From an uncultured Pseudomonadota bacterium (GTDB lineage: Bacteria; Vulcanimicrobiota; Vulcanimicrobiia; Eremiobacterales; Eremiobacteraceae): 64,000 nucleotides of DNA. Where the stretch lies: positions 512,001 through 576,000 of the forward strand of contig CAVTNB010000001.1 of assembly GCA_963736005.1 (NCBI GenBank), read 5' to 3'. A program made the translations under genes and the position numbers. Positions 28,248 to 38,688 of this stretch are shown here, one piece after another (positions within the stretch are counted from its first letter, which is position 1; the number at the start of each line of letters is the position of its first letter). The notes under the pieces were generated by a model. It saw nothing but the letters and a program-made list of their open reading frames with translations, made no database searches and had not been told where the DNA came from.

Positions 28248-31200
28248 GTGCAGACACTCGTGCAAGTCGTTCTTCCCGAAATGGGCGAATCGGTTGCGGA
28301 AGGCTCGGTGACAAGCTGGCGTAAGAAACCCGGCGATTTCGTTGCTGCCGGTGAAGCGCTCGTTGACGTAACGACCGACAAAGTCGATGTGGAAGTCCCA
28401 TCGCCCGCCGCCGGCAAGCTCGTAAGAATCTTCGCCGATGAGGGCAAGACCGTCGCCGTCGGGGCACCGCTTGCCGAGATCGACACGGCGGCGAGCGATG
28501 GCAAACGAGGCGCGACCGAACCGCTGACATCCCAATCGCCCGCGTCAGCCGCGACCGAGAAAGGGGCGATTTTCCAATCACCTCAGGGGGCGACTTTACA
28601 GTCGCCCGCTACAAAATCGAATAATCGCAACACCCTTCGTGCGTCGCCGTCCGCCAGAAAGGCGGCAGCCAAACACGGTATTACTCTCGACCGCGTGACG
28701 CCGGCGATTCCTGGAGAAACAATACGCCGTTCTGATGTCGATCGGGTCGCGCAAGGCATCACAACGCCGATCGCAGCGGAGGGAAAGGCTGTGCGACTGC
28801 GCGGCGCGGCTGCTGCCCTCGCCGATCACATGGAGCGCAGCCTCGGCATTCCAACAGCGACCAGCTTTCGCACGATCGCGGTCGGAACGCTTGACTCGCG
28901 TCGCCGCGAGCTTAATGCGGCGCTCCGTGCAGCTGGCCGAAGCGAAAAAATCTCCTTCACACACCTCATTGCTTTTGCAATCGTGCGAGCTACCGCGACC
29001 GTTCCCGTGATGGCTTCCAGCTTCCGAAGAACGGCCGAGGGACCCGAGCGAGTCGAGCGCGGCGTCCATCTGGGGTTGGCGGTGGACGTGAAACGCGCTG
29101 ACGGTTCCCGAATGCTCGTCGTTCCTGTCATGCGAGATGCCGACAAGCTCGACTTTTTGAACTTCCTTCGGGCCTACGAAGCGCTCGTCGAGAAGGCTCG
29201 CGGCGGCTCGCTCGGACCGGCGGATCTCTCGGGAGCAACCCTCACGCTGACCAACCCTGGCGGCATCGGGACCGTTGCATCCGTGCCCCGGCTCATGTTG
29301 GGTCAAGGCGCGATCATCGCCGCCGGAGCAATTGAATATCCCGCCGGCCTCGCATCGTTGCCTGACGCGACGCTGCGCAGTTTGGGCGTCTCAAAAGTCA
29401 TGACCCTGACGAGCACCTACGACCATCGCGTCATTCAGGGTGCAGAATCGGGCGAGTTCCTACGCCGCATCGATCAGCTACTCGCCGGATCGGACGATTT
29501 CTACGAATCCATCTTCTCAACGCTCGCCGTTGCCGCGCCGACCTCATCCCCAAAACCTGAGTCACTCGGGGTTCCGGTCCAAGGCTCAGCCGACCAAGAA
29601 CTTACTCGCGCGGCGGCCGCCGGTGTCGCGCTGATCATGCGCTACCGCACGCACGGGGTCAACGCCGCCCACCTCGACCCGCTCGCGGATACCTCGCCCT
29701 TCGATCCCGCGCTGGAGCCGGCGAGCTTAGGGCTCGATCACGCGCTCATGCTCCGAGTACCGGCCAGCGTGTTGCGAGTCTACGCGCCCGGAGAAAACTT
29801 GGCTGATGTCATCGAGCGGCTGCGCGATACCTATTGCTCGACGATAGCGTATGAAGTCGAGCACATCAGCAACCACGAGCAGCGCTCGTGGCTGCGTCAG
29901 CAAATCGAGTCGGGCGCTCACCGCCTGCGACTCTCGCGCGAACGCAAGCTCGAACTCCTCGATCGGCTCACGCGCGTGGAATCGTTCGAACGCTACCTCC
30001 GCAAGGCGTTCTTGGGCCAGAAAACCTTTTCCATTGAAGGGCTCGACGTGATGGTCCCCATGCTCGAGGAGATGCTCGTCATGCTCGCCGAGGAGGGCAC
30101 GCCAGAAGTGCGCCTCGGTATGGCGCACCGTGGGCGGCTCGCGGTCATCACCCATGTGGTCGACCGACCCTACGAAGAGGTTCTCGAAGAATTCGAACAC
30201 GCCCAAGAACGAGGTCTCGTGCATCGCGAAGGTGACGTGACTGGCGACGTCAAGTACCACCAGGGTGCATCCGGCACGTACGAGACGCCCACTGGCAAGA
30301 AGATGCGTGTCGTCCTTGCCAACAATCCGAGCCACCTCGAAGCGGTCGATAGCGTCGTGGAGGGTCAGACGCGCGCGGTTCAGACTGACCGCACGAATCC
30401 CGTTGCAGTCGTCGACAGCGCGAAAGCCGCGGCCATCCTCATCCACGGCGATGCCGCATTCGACGGTCAAGGGATCGTGGCGGAAGTCTTCAACATGCAG
30501 GCGCTCGAGGGCTACACGACTGGCGGCACGGTGCACGTGATCGCCAACAATCAAATCGGGTTCACCACCCTTCCGCCCCAGGGACGCTCGACACGTTATG
30601 CAAGCGACCCGGCCAAAGGTTTTGACGTCCCCATCATTCACGTCAACGCTGACGATCTCGAGGCGGCAATCGCCGCGGTCCATTTGGCCGTCGAATACCG
30701 GCGCCGCTTCCATCGCGACGCAGTGATCGATCTCATCGGGTATCGCCGCTTCGGACACAACGAGGCAGACGAACCAGCGTACACCCAACCGCTCATGTAC
30801 GAGCGCATTGCATCGCACCCAAGCGCGCGGGAGATCTTCGCGAAGCGGCTGGTCGAGGAAGGAACGCTGAGCGCTGCCGAGATCGACGCCAGCCTCCAGC
30901 GGGCTCGAGCGCGCGTCGAAGCCGCACACGAGGCGGCAAAGGCCCAGGCAGTTGCAGCCGCACGCGACACAAAGCCGAGGCAGACAGAGCACGCCAACGG
31001 TGCCTTGGTTGAGACGCGTGTTCCAGCCGAAACGCTACGCCGACTCAATGCACAGTTGCTCGAGGTCGAGCCTGGATTTACCATCCATCCCAAGCTTGCG
31101 CGGCAGCTCGAGCGACGCTTGGAGGCGCTTGGGCCAGCAGGCGAGATCGATTGGGGACTTGGCGAAGCGTTCGCGTTCGCGAGCCTTCTCACAGAAGGCA

Positions 31201-32174
31201 TTCCGATTCGGCTGACCGGCCAAGACACCGAGCGGGGAACGTTTAGCCACCGCCACTTGGTCCTTCATGATGCGAAGACCGGCGCGGCTTGGATTCCCAT
31301 GCAGCACCTCTCTTCAGCAAAGGCATCGTTTGAGATTTACAACAGCCCGCTCTCCGAGTATGCGGTTATGGGCTTTGAGTACGGATACAGCGCGGAAGCA
31401 CCGAACGCGCTCGTGTTATGGGAAGCGCAGTTCGGAGATTTCAATAATGGTGGCCAGATCATCATTGACCAATTCATGGCGGCCGGCAGAGCCAAGTGGC
31501 AGCAGACCTCTCGCCTCACCTTACTGCTTCCGCACGGTTATGAAGGCGCTGGGCCAGAACATTCAAGCGCGCGGCTCGAGCGATTTCTGCAACTGACCGC
31601 CGAAGGCAATTTCCGCATCGCCAACCCCACGACCCCGGCGCAATACTTTCACCTGCTGCGGGATCAGGCAAAAGCGCCCTCTGCTCGCCCATTGGTCGTC
31701 ATGACCCCCAAGAGCTTGCTTCGCCTGCGCGCGGCGAGTTCGCGCCTTGCAGATTTCACGGACGGCAGTTTCGCGCCAGTGCTGGACGACCCGCAAGTTC
31801 GCGACCGCGATGCCATCCGACGACTTGCGCTATGCAGCGGAAAGATTTATTACGATCTCACGTCGCATGCGAAACGCAGCGCAAATGTGGAGCTCGCCAT
31901 CGCTCGGGTAGAGCTGCTGGAGCCTTTCCCATTCGATCGCGTGCTCGAGCTCGTCGAGTCGTACCCGAACGTCCGGCAAGTGACGTGGGTTCAAGAGGAA
32001 CCTAAGAACATGGGGGCGCGGGCCTTCGTCTCGCGTCGCATCCGCGAGCGGCTCACTCCGCGAGGAATCATCTTCGACTATATCGGCAGGCCGGACCGCG
32101 CCAGCCCAAGTGAAGGATACCCCGGCGCTCACACGGTCGAACAGGAACGCATCCTGAACGAAGTGCTCTCGTAA
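28248..32174 (+). CDS. sucA: Fused lipoyl-E2-E1 2-oxoglutarate dehydrogenase (Kgd/OdhA-like)
   Basis: Lipoyl TDKV, PSBD ASPSARK..I...DV, E2 catalytic TYDHRVIQG, E1 GMAHRGRL, HGDAA, GHNEADEP, WEAQFGDF, GPEHSSARLER. Confidence 0.92.
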   Translation: MQTLVQVVLPEMGESVAEGSVTSWRKKPGDFVAAGEALVDVTTDKVDVEVPSPAAGKLVRIFADEGKTVAVGAPLAEIDTAASDGKRGATEPLTSQSPASAATEKGAIFQSPQGATLQSPATKSNNRNTLRASPSARKAAAKHGITLDRVTPAIPGETIRRSDVDRVAQGITTPIAAEGKAVRLRGAAAALADHMERSLGIPTATSFRTIAVGTLDSRRRELNAALRAAGRSEKISFTHLIAFAIVRATATVPVMASSFRRTAEGPERVERGVHLGLAVDVKRADGSRMLVVPVMRDADKLDFLNFLRAYEALVEKARGGSLGPADLSGATLTLTNPGGIGTVASVPRLMLGQGAIIAAGAIEYPAGLASLPDATLRSLGVSKVMTLTSTYDHRVIQGAESGEFLRRIDQLLAGSDDFYESIFSTLAVAAPTSSPKPESLGVPVQGSADQELTRAAAAGVALIMRYRTHGVNAAHLDPLADTSPFDPALEPASLGLDHALMLRVPASVLRVYAPGENLADVIERLRDTYCSTIAYEVEHISNHEQRSWLRQQIESGAHRLRLSRERKLELLDRLTRVESFERYLRKAFLGQKTFSIEGLDVMVPMLEEMLVMLAEEGTPEVRLGMAHRGRLAVITHVVDRPYEEVLEEFEHAQERGLVHREGDVTGDVKYHQGASGTYETPTGKKMRVVLANNPSHLEAVDSVVEGQTRAVQTDRTNPVAVVDSAKAAAILIHGDAAFDGQGIVAEVFNMQALEGYTTGGTVHVIANNQIGFTTLPPQGRSTRYASDPAKGFDVPIIHVNADDLEAAIAAVHLAVEYRRRFHRDAVIDLIGYRRFGHNEADEPAYTQPLMYERIASHPSAREIFAKRLVEEGTLSAAEIDASLQRARARVEAAHEAAKAQAVAAARDTKPRQTEHANGALVETRVPAETLRRLNAQLLEVEPGFTIHPKLARQLERRLEALGPAGEIDWGLGEAFAFASLLTEGIPIRLTGQDTERGTFSHRHLVLHDAKTGAAWIPMQHLSSAKASFEIYNSPLSEYAVMGFEYGYSAEAPNALVLWEAQFGDFNNGGQIIIDQFMAAGRAKWQQTSRLTLLLPHGYEGAGPEHSSARLERFLQLTAEGNFRIANPTTPAQYFHLLRDQAKAPSARPLVVMTPKSLLRLRAASSRLADFTDGSFAPVLDDPQVRDRDAIRRLALCSGKIYYDLTSHAKRSANVELAIARVELLEPFPFDRVLELVESYPNVRQVTWVQEEPKNMGARAFVSRRIRERLTPRGIIFDYIGRPDRASPSEGYPGAHTVEQERILNEVLS
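28563..28612 (-). repeat. Intragenic REP-like doublet (types B and C)
   Basis: ggggcgattttccaatcacc plus gggcgactttacagtcgccc-g-ctac; the latter core is identical to intergenic 38593..38612. Confidence 0.85.
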
Positions 32175-32186
32175 GAGGAGACCAAC

Positions 32187-32678
32187 ATGCGCACATTCCT
32201 CATTCTCGTTGTTGTGGCTTTCGCCGTCAGCCTGGTTGCTTGTTCGAGTAAGCGGACCATCGTCACCAATCAGGGCACGACGACGGTCGAGACCAACGCG
32301 ATGCACAACACGGTGAAAGTTTCGAATGCCCAGGGTACCGCGATCATCGGCAAGGGCGCCGTCGACGCAAATGCTCTCGGTCTACCAATCTACCCTGGCG
32401 CTATAACCTCTGACACGGGAGGCATGGCAGTCAAGAACGCCTCGCAAACGTCGGACGTTGTGTCGTTGACGACGAAGGACGCTTTCGGTCAGGTGTACGG
32501 GTGGTACAAGCAGCGCATGCCAACGGGCTCAGAACAGACCCATATGGAGGTGACTGGCGGCTCGGTTGCGTCGTTTGCCGTTGGGAAGCTCGGCGACAAG
32601 GATCAGAAAAGCGTCGTCATCACCGAATCGGCCGGCAAGACTACCATTCTCCTGACGCACGTCACCAACAGCGGCTAA
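32187..32678 (+). CDS. Hypothetical lipoprotein
   Basis: GAGGAG RBS, lipobox LVAC, LGLPIYPGA motif. Confidence 0.8.
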   Translation: MRTFLILVVVAFAVSLVACSSKRTIVTNQGTTTVETNAMHNTVKVSNAQGTAIIGKGAVDANALGLPIYPGAITSDTGGMAVKNASQTSDVVSLTTKDAFGQVYGWYKQRMPTGSEQTHMEVTGGSVASFAVGKLGDKDQKSVVITESAGKTTILLTHVTNSG

Positions 32679-32681
32679 CGT

Positions 32682-32706
32682 CGGCCATTTTCGAATCGGC
32701 CGCTAC
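32682..32706 (-). repeat. Imperfect REP-like palindrome at the clpB stop
   Basis: Minus strand gtag-cggccgattcgaaaatggccg. Confidence 0.55.
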
Positions 32707-35330
32707 AGGGCCGCCGCTTCTTTCTTGGCAGTGGTCTTTTTCTTGGTAAAGACGATCTCACCGCGTTGAACGTCAGCGATCACCTTATCGCCCGACACAA
32801 AATCGCCGTTGAGAAGGCGCAAGGCAAGCGGATCGATGATTTCCTTCTGAATCGTTCGCTTGAGGGGCCGCGCCCCATAGACCGGATCGAAGCCCCGGTT
32901 GGCCAGATATTCCTTCGCCGCGTCGGTGAGCTCGAGTGAGACTCCGCGCTCAGAGAGCCGCTTGGCAAGCGAGCGCAGCTGAATCTCGACGATGCGTTTG
33001 ATGTCGTCGAGCTTGAGGTTCTGGAAGATGACGATCTCGTCGATTCGATTGAGAAATTCAGGTCGAAAGTGGGCGCGCATCGCTTCCATCACGCGCTCGC
33101 GTACCTTCTCCTCGTTGCCAGCGAACTCGGCAATTGCAGCAGATCCGATGTTGCTCGTCATGATGAGAACGGTGTTCTTGAAGTCAACCGTACGACCCTG
33201 ACCGTCGGTGAGGCGGCCGTCTTCAAGAATCTGGAGCATCACGTTGAACACGTCGGGGTGCGCCTTTTCGATTTCATCGAAGAGCACCACGGCGTACGGC
33301 CGGCGGCGCACCGCTTCGGTCAGCTGGCCGCCTTCCTCATAGCCAACGTAGCCAGGCGGGGCGCCGATCAGCCGGGCGACGCTGTGTTTTTCCATGTACT
33401 CCGACATGTCAATTCGAATCATCGCCCGCTCGTCGTCGAAGAGAAACTCCGCGAGCGCCCGCGCGAGTTCTGTCTTACCGACCCCGGTCGGACCTAAGAA
33501 GATGAACGAACCGAGCGGCCGGTTGGGATCTTGCAATCCCGCACGCGCGCGGCGCACCGCAGCAGCCACGGCACGAACGGCGTCTTCTTGCCCAATGACG
33601 CGAACATGAAGCCGCTCCTCCATCTTGAGTAGCTTCTGCACTTCTCCCTCGAGCAGTTTGGTCACCGGAATCCGGGTCCACTTGGACACGACTTCGGCGA
33701 TGTCGTGCTCGTCGACCTCATCTTTGAAGAGCTGGCTCCCCGAGCTCTTCGCAAAACGGTTTTCGAGCGCTTCGGCCTTTTTCTGCAGTTCGGGCAAGTC
33801 CTGATACTTGAGTTTGGAGATTTGCCCCCAATCAACGTTGGGCTCGTACCCTTGTTCCGCTCGCGTGATTCGCTCTTTGAGTTTTTCGATTTGCTCCTTG
33901 ATCGCACTGACTTCTCCAACCGCCTGCTTCTCAGACTCCCACAGCTGGCGCAGCCGTACCGCCTCGGAATCGAGCTCCGCGATTTCTTTCTCGATGTCGG
34001 CGAGCCGCCGGCGAGAACCGGCATCGTTCTCTTTGCGCAGTGCTTCGCGCTCGATCTTGAGTTGGTTGGACCGGCGCTCGACTTCGTCCAACTCAACCGG
34101 GCGCGAGTCCATCTCCATTCGAATCTTCGAGGCCGCTTCGTCAACGAGGTCGATGGCCTTGTCGGGCAAAAATCGATCGGTGATGTATCGGTTCGAGAGC
34201 ACCGCGGCGGCGACCAACGCCGAATCCTTGATGCGAACGTGATGGTGGGACTCGTATCGCTCGCGCAGACCTCGCAGAATTGAAATCGTATCGTCGACGG
34301 TTGGCTCGCCAACCATGATGGGCTGGAAGCGGCGCTCGAGCGCAGCGTCCTTTTCAATATACTTGCGGTACTCATTCAGCGTGGTCGCACCGATCGTGTG
34401 TAACTCGCCGCGAGCGAGCATGGGCTTGAGCAGATTTGAGGCGTCCATCGAGCCTTCCGCAGCTCCGGCACCGACAACTGTGTGCAATTCGTCAATGAAC
34501 AAGATGATCTCGCCTTGGCTTTGACCGATTTCTTTAAGCACGGCCTTGAGACGATCTTCGAATTCGCCGCGATATTTTGCACCGGCGATGAGCGCGCCGA
34601 GATCGAGCGCCATGATGCGCCGGTCTTTCAGGCCTTCCGGAATGTCGCCGCGGACAATGCGGTGAGCGAGGCCCTCGACGATCGCCGTCTTGCCGACGCC
34701 AGGTTCGCCGATGAGGACAGGGTTGTTCTTGGTTCGACGCGAGAGCACTTGGATCACGCGGCGGATCTCTTCATCGCGGCCGATGACGGGGTCCACTTTG
34801 TTCTGCCGCGCAAGCGCCGTTAAGTCACGCCCATAGCGCTCCAAGGCCTGATACTTGCCTTCGGGATTCTGATCGGTCACGCGTTGACTGCCACGCACCG
34901 AGCTCAGCGCCTTCAGGATCGCGTCGCGAGTGGCACCCACCCCCTTGAGCAGCTTTGCCGCGTCTGACTTTGCGCCGGCGTCGGCAATGGCGAGCAGCAA
35001 ATGCTCGGTTGAAATATAGTCGTCTTTAAAGTTGAGCGCCTCTTGTCCGGCGCGCGACAAAAGCTCACGAAGATCGCGCCCAAGGCTCGGCTCGCTCGCC
35101 CCGTACACCTTCGCCCGCTTCGCAAGCAAGGACGATAGCTCGCCCTGCAACGAGGCGACATTGACGCCCAACTGCCGTAGCACCGCGGCGGGTACGCCCT
35201 CCTCGTCTTCGAGCAGCGCCGCGAGGAGGTGTTCGGCGTCTATTTCGCTCGCGCTGTGCTCGCGGGCAATCGTCTGCGCGCGGACGATTGCTTGCTGTGC
35301 TTTTTCTGTCAGTTTGTTGAAATTGTCCAT
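32703..35330 (-). CDS. clpB: ATP-dependent chaperone ClpB
   Basis: Two AAA modules ([16 protein letters not shown]), coiled-coil middle domain, GARPLKR. Confidence 0.97.
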   Translation of the reverse strand: MDNFNKLTEKAQQAIVRAQTIAREHSASEIDAEHLLAALLEDEEGVPAAVLRQLGVNVASLQGELSSLLAKRAKVYGASEPSLGRDLRELLSRAGQEALNFKDDYISTEHLLLAIADAGAKSDAAKLLKGVGATRDAILKALSSVRGSQRVTDQNPEGKYQALERYGRDLTALARQNKVDPVIGRDEEIRRVIQVLSRRTKNNPVLIGEPGVGKTAIVEGLAHRIVRGDIPEGLKDRRIMALDLGALIAGAKYRGEFEDRLKAVLKEIGQSQGEIILFIDELHTVVGAGAAEGSMDASNLLKPMLARGELHTIGATTLNEYRKYIEKDAALERRFQPIMVGEPTVDDTISILRGLRERYESHHHVRIKDSALVAAAVLSNRYITDRFLPDKAIDLVDEAASKIRMEMDSRPVELDEVERRSNQLKIEREALRKENDAGSRRRLADIEKEIAELDSEAVRLRQLWESEKQAVGEVSAIKEQIEKLKERITRAEQGYEPNVDWGQISKLKYQDLPELQKKAEALENRFAKSSGSQLFKDEVDEHDIAEVVSKWTRIPVTKLLEGEVQKLLKMEERLHVRVIGQEDAVRAVAAAVRRARAGLQDPNRPLGSFIFLGPTGVGKTELARALAEFLFDDERAMIRIDMSEYMEKHSVARLIGAPPGYVGYEEGGQLTEAVRRRPYAVVLFDEIEKAHPDVFNVMLQILEDGRLTDGQGRTVDFKNTVLIMTSNIGSAAIAEFAGNEEKVRERVMEAMRAHFRPEFLNRIDEIVIFQNLKLDDIKRIVEIQLRSLAKRLSERGVSLELTDAAKEYLANRGFDPVYGARPLKRTIQKEIIDPLALRLLNGDFVSGDKVIADVQRGEIVFTKKKTTAKKEAAAL

Positions 35331-35441
35331 TAGATTGCCATTTCGCCCCGTAACGACAAAATCTCTCCGCCTCTAGACACCTAGGGTGCTTTGCGTGATT
35401 CTCCATGCTGGCGATTCGGATAAACCGCCCGCGTGTTCGAA

Positions 35442-35470
35442 TTGACAGATCAATTGCGCGTGGGTACCAT
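35442..35470 (+). promoter_or_regulatory. Sigma70-type promoter
   Basis: TTGACA-N17-TACCAT upstream of the pilin cluster. Confidence 0.75.
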
Positions 35471-35553
35471 AGGTGCCACGACGCTACCCGCTGAGGCGCG
35501 AGGGGCGATTCGAAAGCTGCCCCTTTCGCACGAATCTATCGCGCGAGGTCTTG

Positions 35554-37026
35554 ATGCGGCGTTGTTGTCCGTTCCGCTTCCACGCACGCGCGCCCGCCAG
35601 CGGGCCGGCCGTGCTTGCGCTCTTTGTTTGTCTCCTCATCGGCTCCGCTGGCGCTCGGGCGACCACGCTAGTTCCCCTGCCGCAGGCGGTTGCTCAGATG
35701 CAGTCGTTTCGTGGCCGACTCGCCTACCTGGCACACCCGCAGGACGACCCACGTCGCACCATTTCGGGCACGCTCGTTGTGAACGGCGATGGTTGGTTGC
35801 TTGAAGAGCAAAGCGGCTCGTCACTGTTGCACGCATCGAACGATCAGTCTTGGTTGCGCGAAGGAAGCAAAGCGGTTTACTTCGACGACCCGTTGTCGGT
35901 GGGCGCTCTCGCCAACCCCTGGGCAGTCTTGCTTGGCCGGAGCGTCGGCGAAGCAGTTACAGCCGACCGCGCGGGTACTTCTTGGGCCATCGGCTCCAGG
36001 GCGCGTGTCTATATTGATACCACGCTTAATCAGATCGCCGGAGTTGTCGACACCGCCTCAGATGCGGATGTCTCCTTCTCCTTCGCCCAATGGAGCAATG
36101 TTGACGGCCTCGAGCTTCCATACTCGATTGTTCGGATGCGCGGCGGCGCGGCTGATGCATCATTCATCATTGACAGTTACCAAGTGCAGTGGGCTGACAA
36201 ACGCGACGTGGGGCCCCAGTTGGGCTGGCGATCGATTCCAATCGAGAGCGCAGGGTCAGCGGTGGCCTCCGAGCCGGCCGGGGCCCTCCAAAAGGCTTGG
36301 CGATCCTTCGGAACGCTCTTTGGCTTGCTCTTTGCGGGCCTTTGCCTCGCGGCGTGGGTGCGGCGCGACGCTCTCGCAGATCGGCTCTCTCGCCGCCTCG
36401 TGGGCGATCCACGAGCGTGGCGCGATGAGGGAACCAGCCTGTTTGTGTCAGCCGAAGGTGTGCTTTGGTTCGAAGGCCGCAAGTACCGGGTCGGTGCTGC
36501 ATTTTTCAATCGCCCCGCGCTCGTCCAATCTTCGCCGCTTTTTATTCGAGTGAGCGCAGCCGGAGTTTCTCGCGCCGTCGTGCTGCCACGCAAATTGCCC
36601 TTACCTACCATCGTGTCTTCACACTCGCGACGCCACGTCATAGGTTTCACGCTCATCGAGGCACTCGTCGCCACGGCGCTCTTTGCCGCTGTAATCGTCG
36701 GTGCAGTTTTCCCGACGCTCGTGGTGCTCGCACACGCGGATCGCGTCGCCGCGCAGCACGAAACCGCACGATTGATTGCAAGCAACGCGTTGGTCGATGA
36801 AGAGTCGGCGCTCGCGTATGGTTCTTCTATCCAACATACCTCAGGGACATTTGGCGTCGAGGGCATGGAACTGACGGTGATCGTTTCGCCCTCAAGCATT
36901 GCCGGCTTGCATCAAATCACAGCCCAGGTCAGTGACCCAAGCGGTACGCTGCTCGCGCGCATTGCAACGATGGTTGGCCCGCCGGTTCCGGCACCGCAGA
37001 GTTCGGCCGCACCGCCAAGCCGATGA
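35554..37026 (+). CDS. Membrane protein with internal prepilin-type N-methylation motif
   Basis: Signal-like N-terminus, beta-rich domain, TM, then SRRHVIG-FTLIEALVATALF at 36643. Confidence 0.7.
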   Translation: MRRCCPFRFHARAPASGPAVLALFVCLLIGSAGARATTLVPLPQAVAQMQSFRGRLAYLAHPQDDPRRTISGTLVVNGDGWLLEEQSGSSLLHASNDQSWLREGSKAVYFDDPLSVGALANPWAVLLGRSVGEAVTADRAGTSWAIGSRARVYIDTTLNQIAGVVDTASDADVSFSFAQWSNVDGLELPYSIVRMRGGAADASFIIDSYQVQWADKRDVGPQLGWRSIPIESAGSAVASEPAGALQKAWRSFGTLFGLLFAGLCLAAWVRRDALADRLSRRLVGDPRAWRDEGTSLFVSAEGVLWFEGRKYRVGAAFFNRPALVQSSPLFIRVSAAGVSRAVVLPRKLPLPTIVSSHSRRHVIGFTLIEALVATALFAAVIVGAVFPTLVVLAHADRVAAQHETARLIASNALVDEESALAYGSSIQHTSGTFGVEGMELTVIVSPSSIAGLHQITAQVSDPSGTLLARIATMVGPPVPAPQSSAAPPSR

Positions 37027-37721
37027 AGCGCATGCATGCCCGTCGCTCCCACCGCGGCATGGCATTGGTAGCCTCGCTTTTTGCCGTGGTTCTGATCATG
37101 ACGCTTTTGGCCGTTATGGTGGAGGTGGGCACGATGCGTCTGCGCCGCTCCACCGAGGAGTTGCGCGCTGCGCAGGCCATGGCCGCAGCTGATGCCGGGG
37201 CCGCCTGGGTCCGAGCCCTCCTCTTCGCGCATGGTGGAGATGTCAGCGCCACGCTGACCGATCTCTCGCAGGCTCATAGCACCCTTTCGCTGACCATCGA
37301 CCCTGTGACGAGCGCCAGCGTCCTCGTGAGCATTTCCATCCCTGGTGCATCGGCCCAGGCGGATCATCTTGACGTGAATTTGCAAGAGAATCCGCAGATC
37401 GTGGAGACGCCGATTCAGGTGGTCGCAACGGCCACAGTCGAAACCGGCGGCGTAGCCGTCGCCATGCGGACGGTGACGACGCTGCTGCGGAGCTTTCATC
37501 ATCTCGCACCGTACTCGGAAATCGTCGGCCTCGTTGATGATGCCGGCCCAGAATCAATCGACTCACCTGGCGATCCCGCCGGCCAGGTGGGTGCGCCGGA
37601 TGCCACAGATCTGCGACTCTTCGCGTACAAAGAATCCGGCTCAAGCTCTGTGCCGGCGAACAAATTTCAAAGCGATTCCTGGTTCGATGGAAATACCGCC
37701 ACGTCTGGATTCTTGCCGTGA
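37023..37721 (+). CDS. PilX/GspK-like minor pilin
   Basis: RRSHRG-MALVASLFAVVLIMTLL, A...ADAG; ATGA coupling. Confidence 0.75.
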   Translation: MKRMHARRSHRGMALVASLFAVVLIMTLLAVMVEVGTMRLRRSTEELRAAQAMAAADAGAAWVRALLFAHGGDVSATLTDLSQAHSTLSLTIDPVTSASVLVSISIPGASAQADHLDVNLQENPQIVETPIQVVATATVETGGVAVAMRTVTTLLRSFHHLAPYSEIVGLVDDAGPESIDSPGDPAGQVGAPDATDLRLFAYKESGSSSVPANKFQSDSWFDGNTATSGFLP

Positions 37722-38230
37722 AAGAACGAGGCGCCACTCTTGTCGAGGTCATGCTCGTTGCAGCTTTAATCCTTGCGCTCGCGGCAGCGTTTGGCGTACC
37801 AGGCTATCGGAGCTATGCCGCGTCGCGAGCAAGCGCGGATGCCGCAACGACATTGGCTTCGGATCTCGCCTTCTTGGTGCGCGCAGCTCAAAATGCCGGA
37901 GGCAATCAGGGAGCTTCCCTCGTCATCGAGTCGCAAGACCCGCTTTCCTATCGGGGCTATCTTGGGAGGCCGACGTCCGTCGATCCCAACGCGAAACTTG
38001 GAGCGATTCTCATCGAGAGGACCTTTGAGGGCGTCTCACTCGCGGGTGGTCCGATCAGCACAACAACACCGCTTTTGTTTGCCACCAACGGCAGCGCGCA
38101 ATTTGTCAACGGCGGGAACATCGCACCGCAGCATCAGACGATCCAGTTTGTGCTCATTTGTTGCGCTGGAGGCAAGGCGGCGCAGGTCGACCTCGACCTC
38201 TTTACCGGAGCTGTTACCACGGGCTTGTAG
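37718..38230 (+). CDS. FimT/GspH-like minor pilin
   Basis: MKERG-ATLVEVMLVAALIL class III signal with Glu5. Confidence 0.8.
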   Translation: MKERGATLVEVMLVAALILALAAAFGVPGYRSYAASRASADAATTLASDLAFLVRAAQNAGGNQGASLVIESQDPLSYRGYLGRPTSVDPNAKLGAILIERTFEGVSLAGGPISTTTPLLFATNGSAQFVNGGNIAPQHQTIQFVLICCAGGKAAQVDLDLFTGAVTTGL

Positions 38231-38282
38231 TACAGACGCAGGCTGCTTATTCCGATACTTGGTAGGGAGGCCTTCGTCGACT

Positions 38283-38558
38283 ATGATACGGTTTATTATT
38301 TTTGCTGTGCTCGCCTACTTGGCGTATAGGTACCTGCACAACTGGTACGCGGTGGCTGGCGTCGCCGTTGTCTACTTAGTTTACCTCGCCGTCATGAGCG
38401 CGCTTGGCGCGAAGCGCAATCGCGAGCGAACGAGTAGCTTGCTCAGCCACAAGCTCTCAGACGAAGAAAAGGCGCATCTAGGCGCCGTCGCAGACCATCA
38501 AAGAGCGATGGATGCGCACAAAGCGCAATTCGACCCGGACCTGCGCAAGAAGCTCTAA
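38283..38558 (+). CDS. Small 2-TM membrane protein
   Basis: MIRFIIFAVLAYLAY..., GGAGG upstream. Confidence 0.7.
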   Translation: MIRFIIFAVLAYLAYRYLHNWYAVAGVAVVYLVYLAVMSALGAKRNRERTSSLLSHKLSDEEKAHLGAVADHQRAMDAHKAQFDPDLRKKL

Positions 38559-38583
38559 GCCCGCATCGAATGCGGGCTTAGAG
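38553..38583. terminator. 14-bp stem hairpin, probable terminator
   Basis: ctctaagcccgcat-cga-atgcgggcttagag followed by an A-run (U-tract on the minus strand) between convergent genes. Confidence 0.65.
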
Positions 38584-38592
38584 AAAACAAAA

Positions 38593-38650
38593 GGGCGACT
38601 TTACAGTCGCCCACTACATTTTTCCGGAAGGACGATTTGCCAATCGCCCG
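38593..38650 (-). repeat. Intergenic REP-like doublet (types C and B)
   Basis: gggcgactttacagtcgcccactac and ggacgatttgccaatcgccc. Confidence 0.82.
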
Positions 38651-38688
38651 TGCTCACGTAAGTATCAACTTAATAATGGAGCCACCTT

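Noticed and set aside
29727..30992. Long antisense ORFs (also 196..1662, 6791..7939, 43990..44880)
   Set aside because: Shadow or alternate frames of well-supported genes in GC-rich DNA, with no recognisable motifs.
35331..35440. CIRCE/HrcA operator before clpB
   Set aside because: No TTAGCACTC-N9-GAGTGCTAA match.
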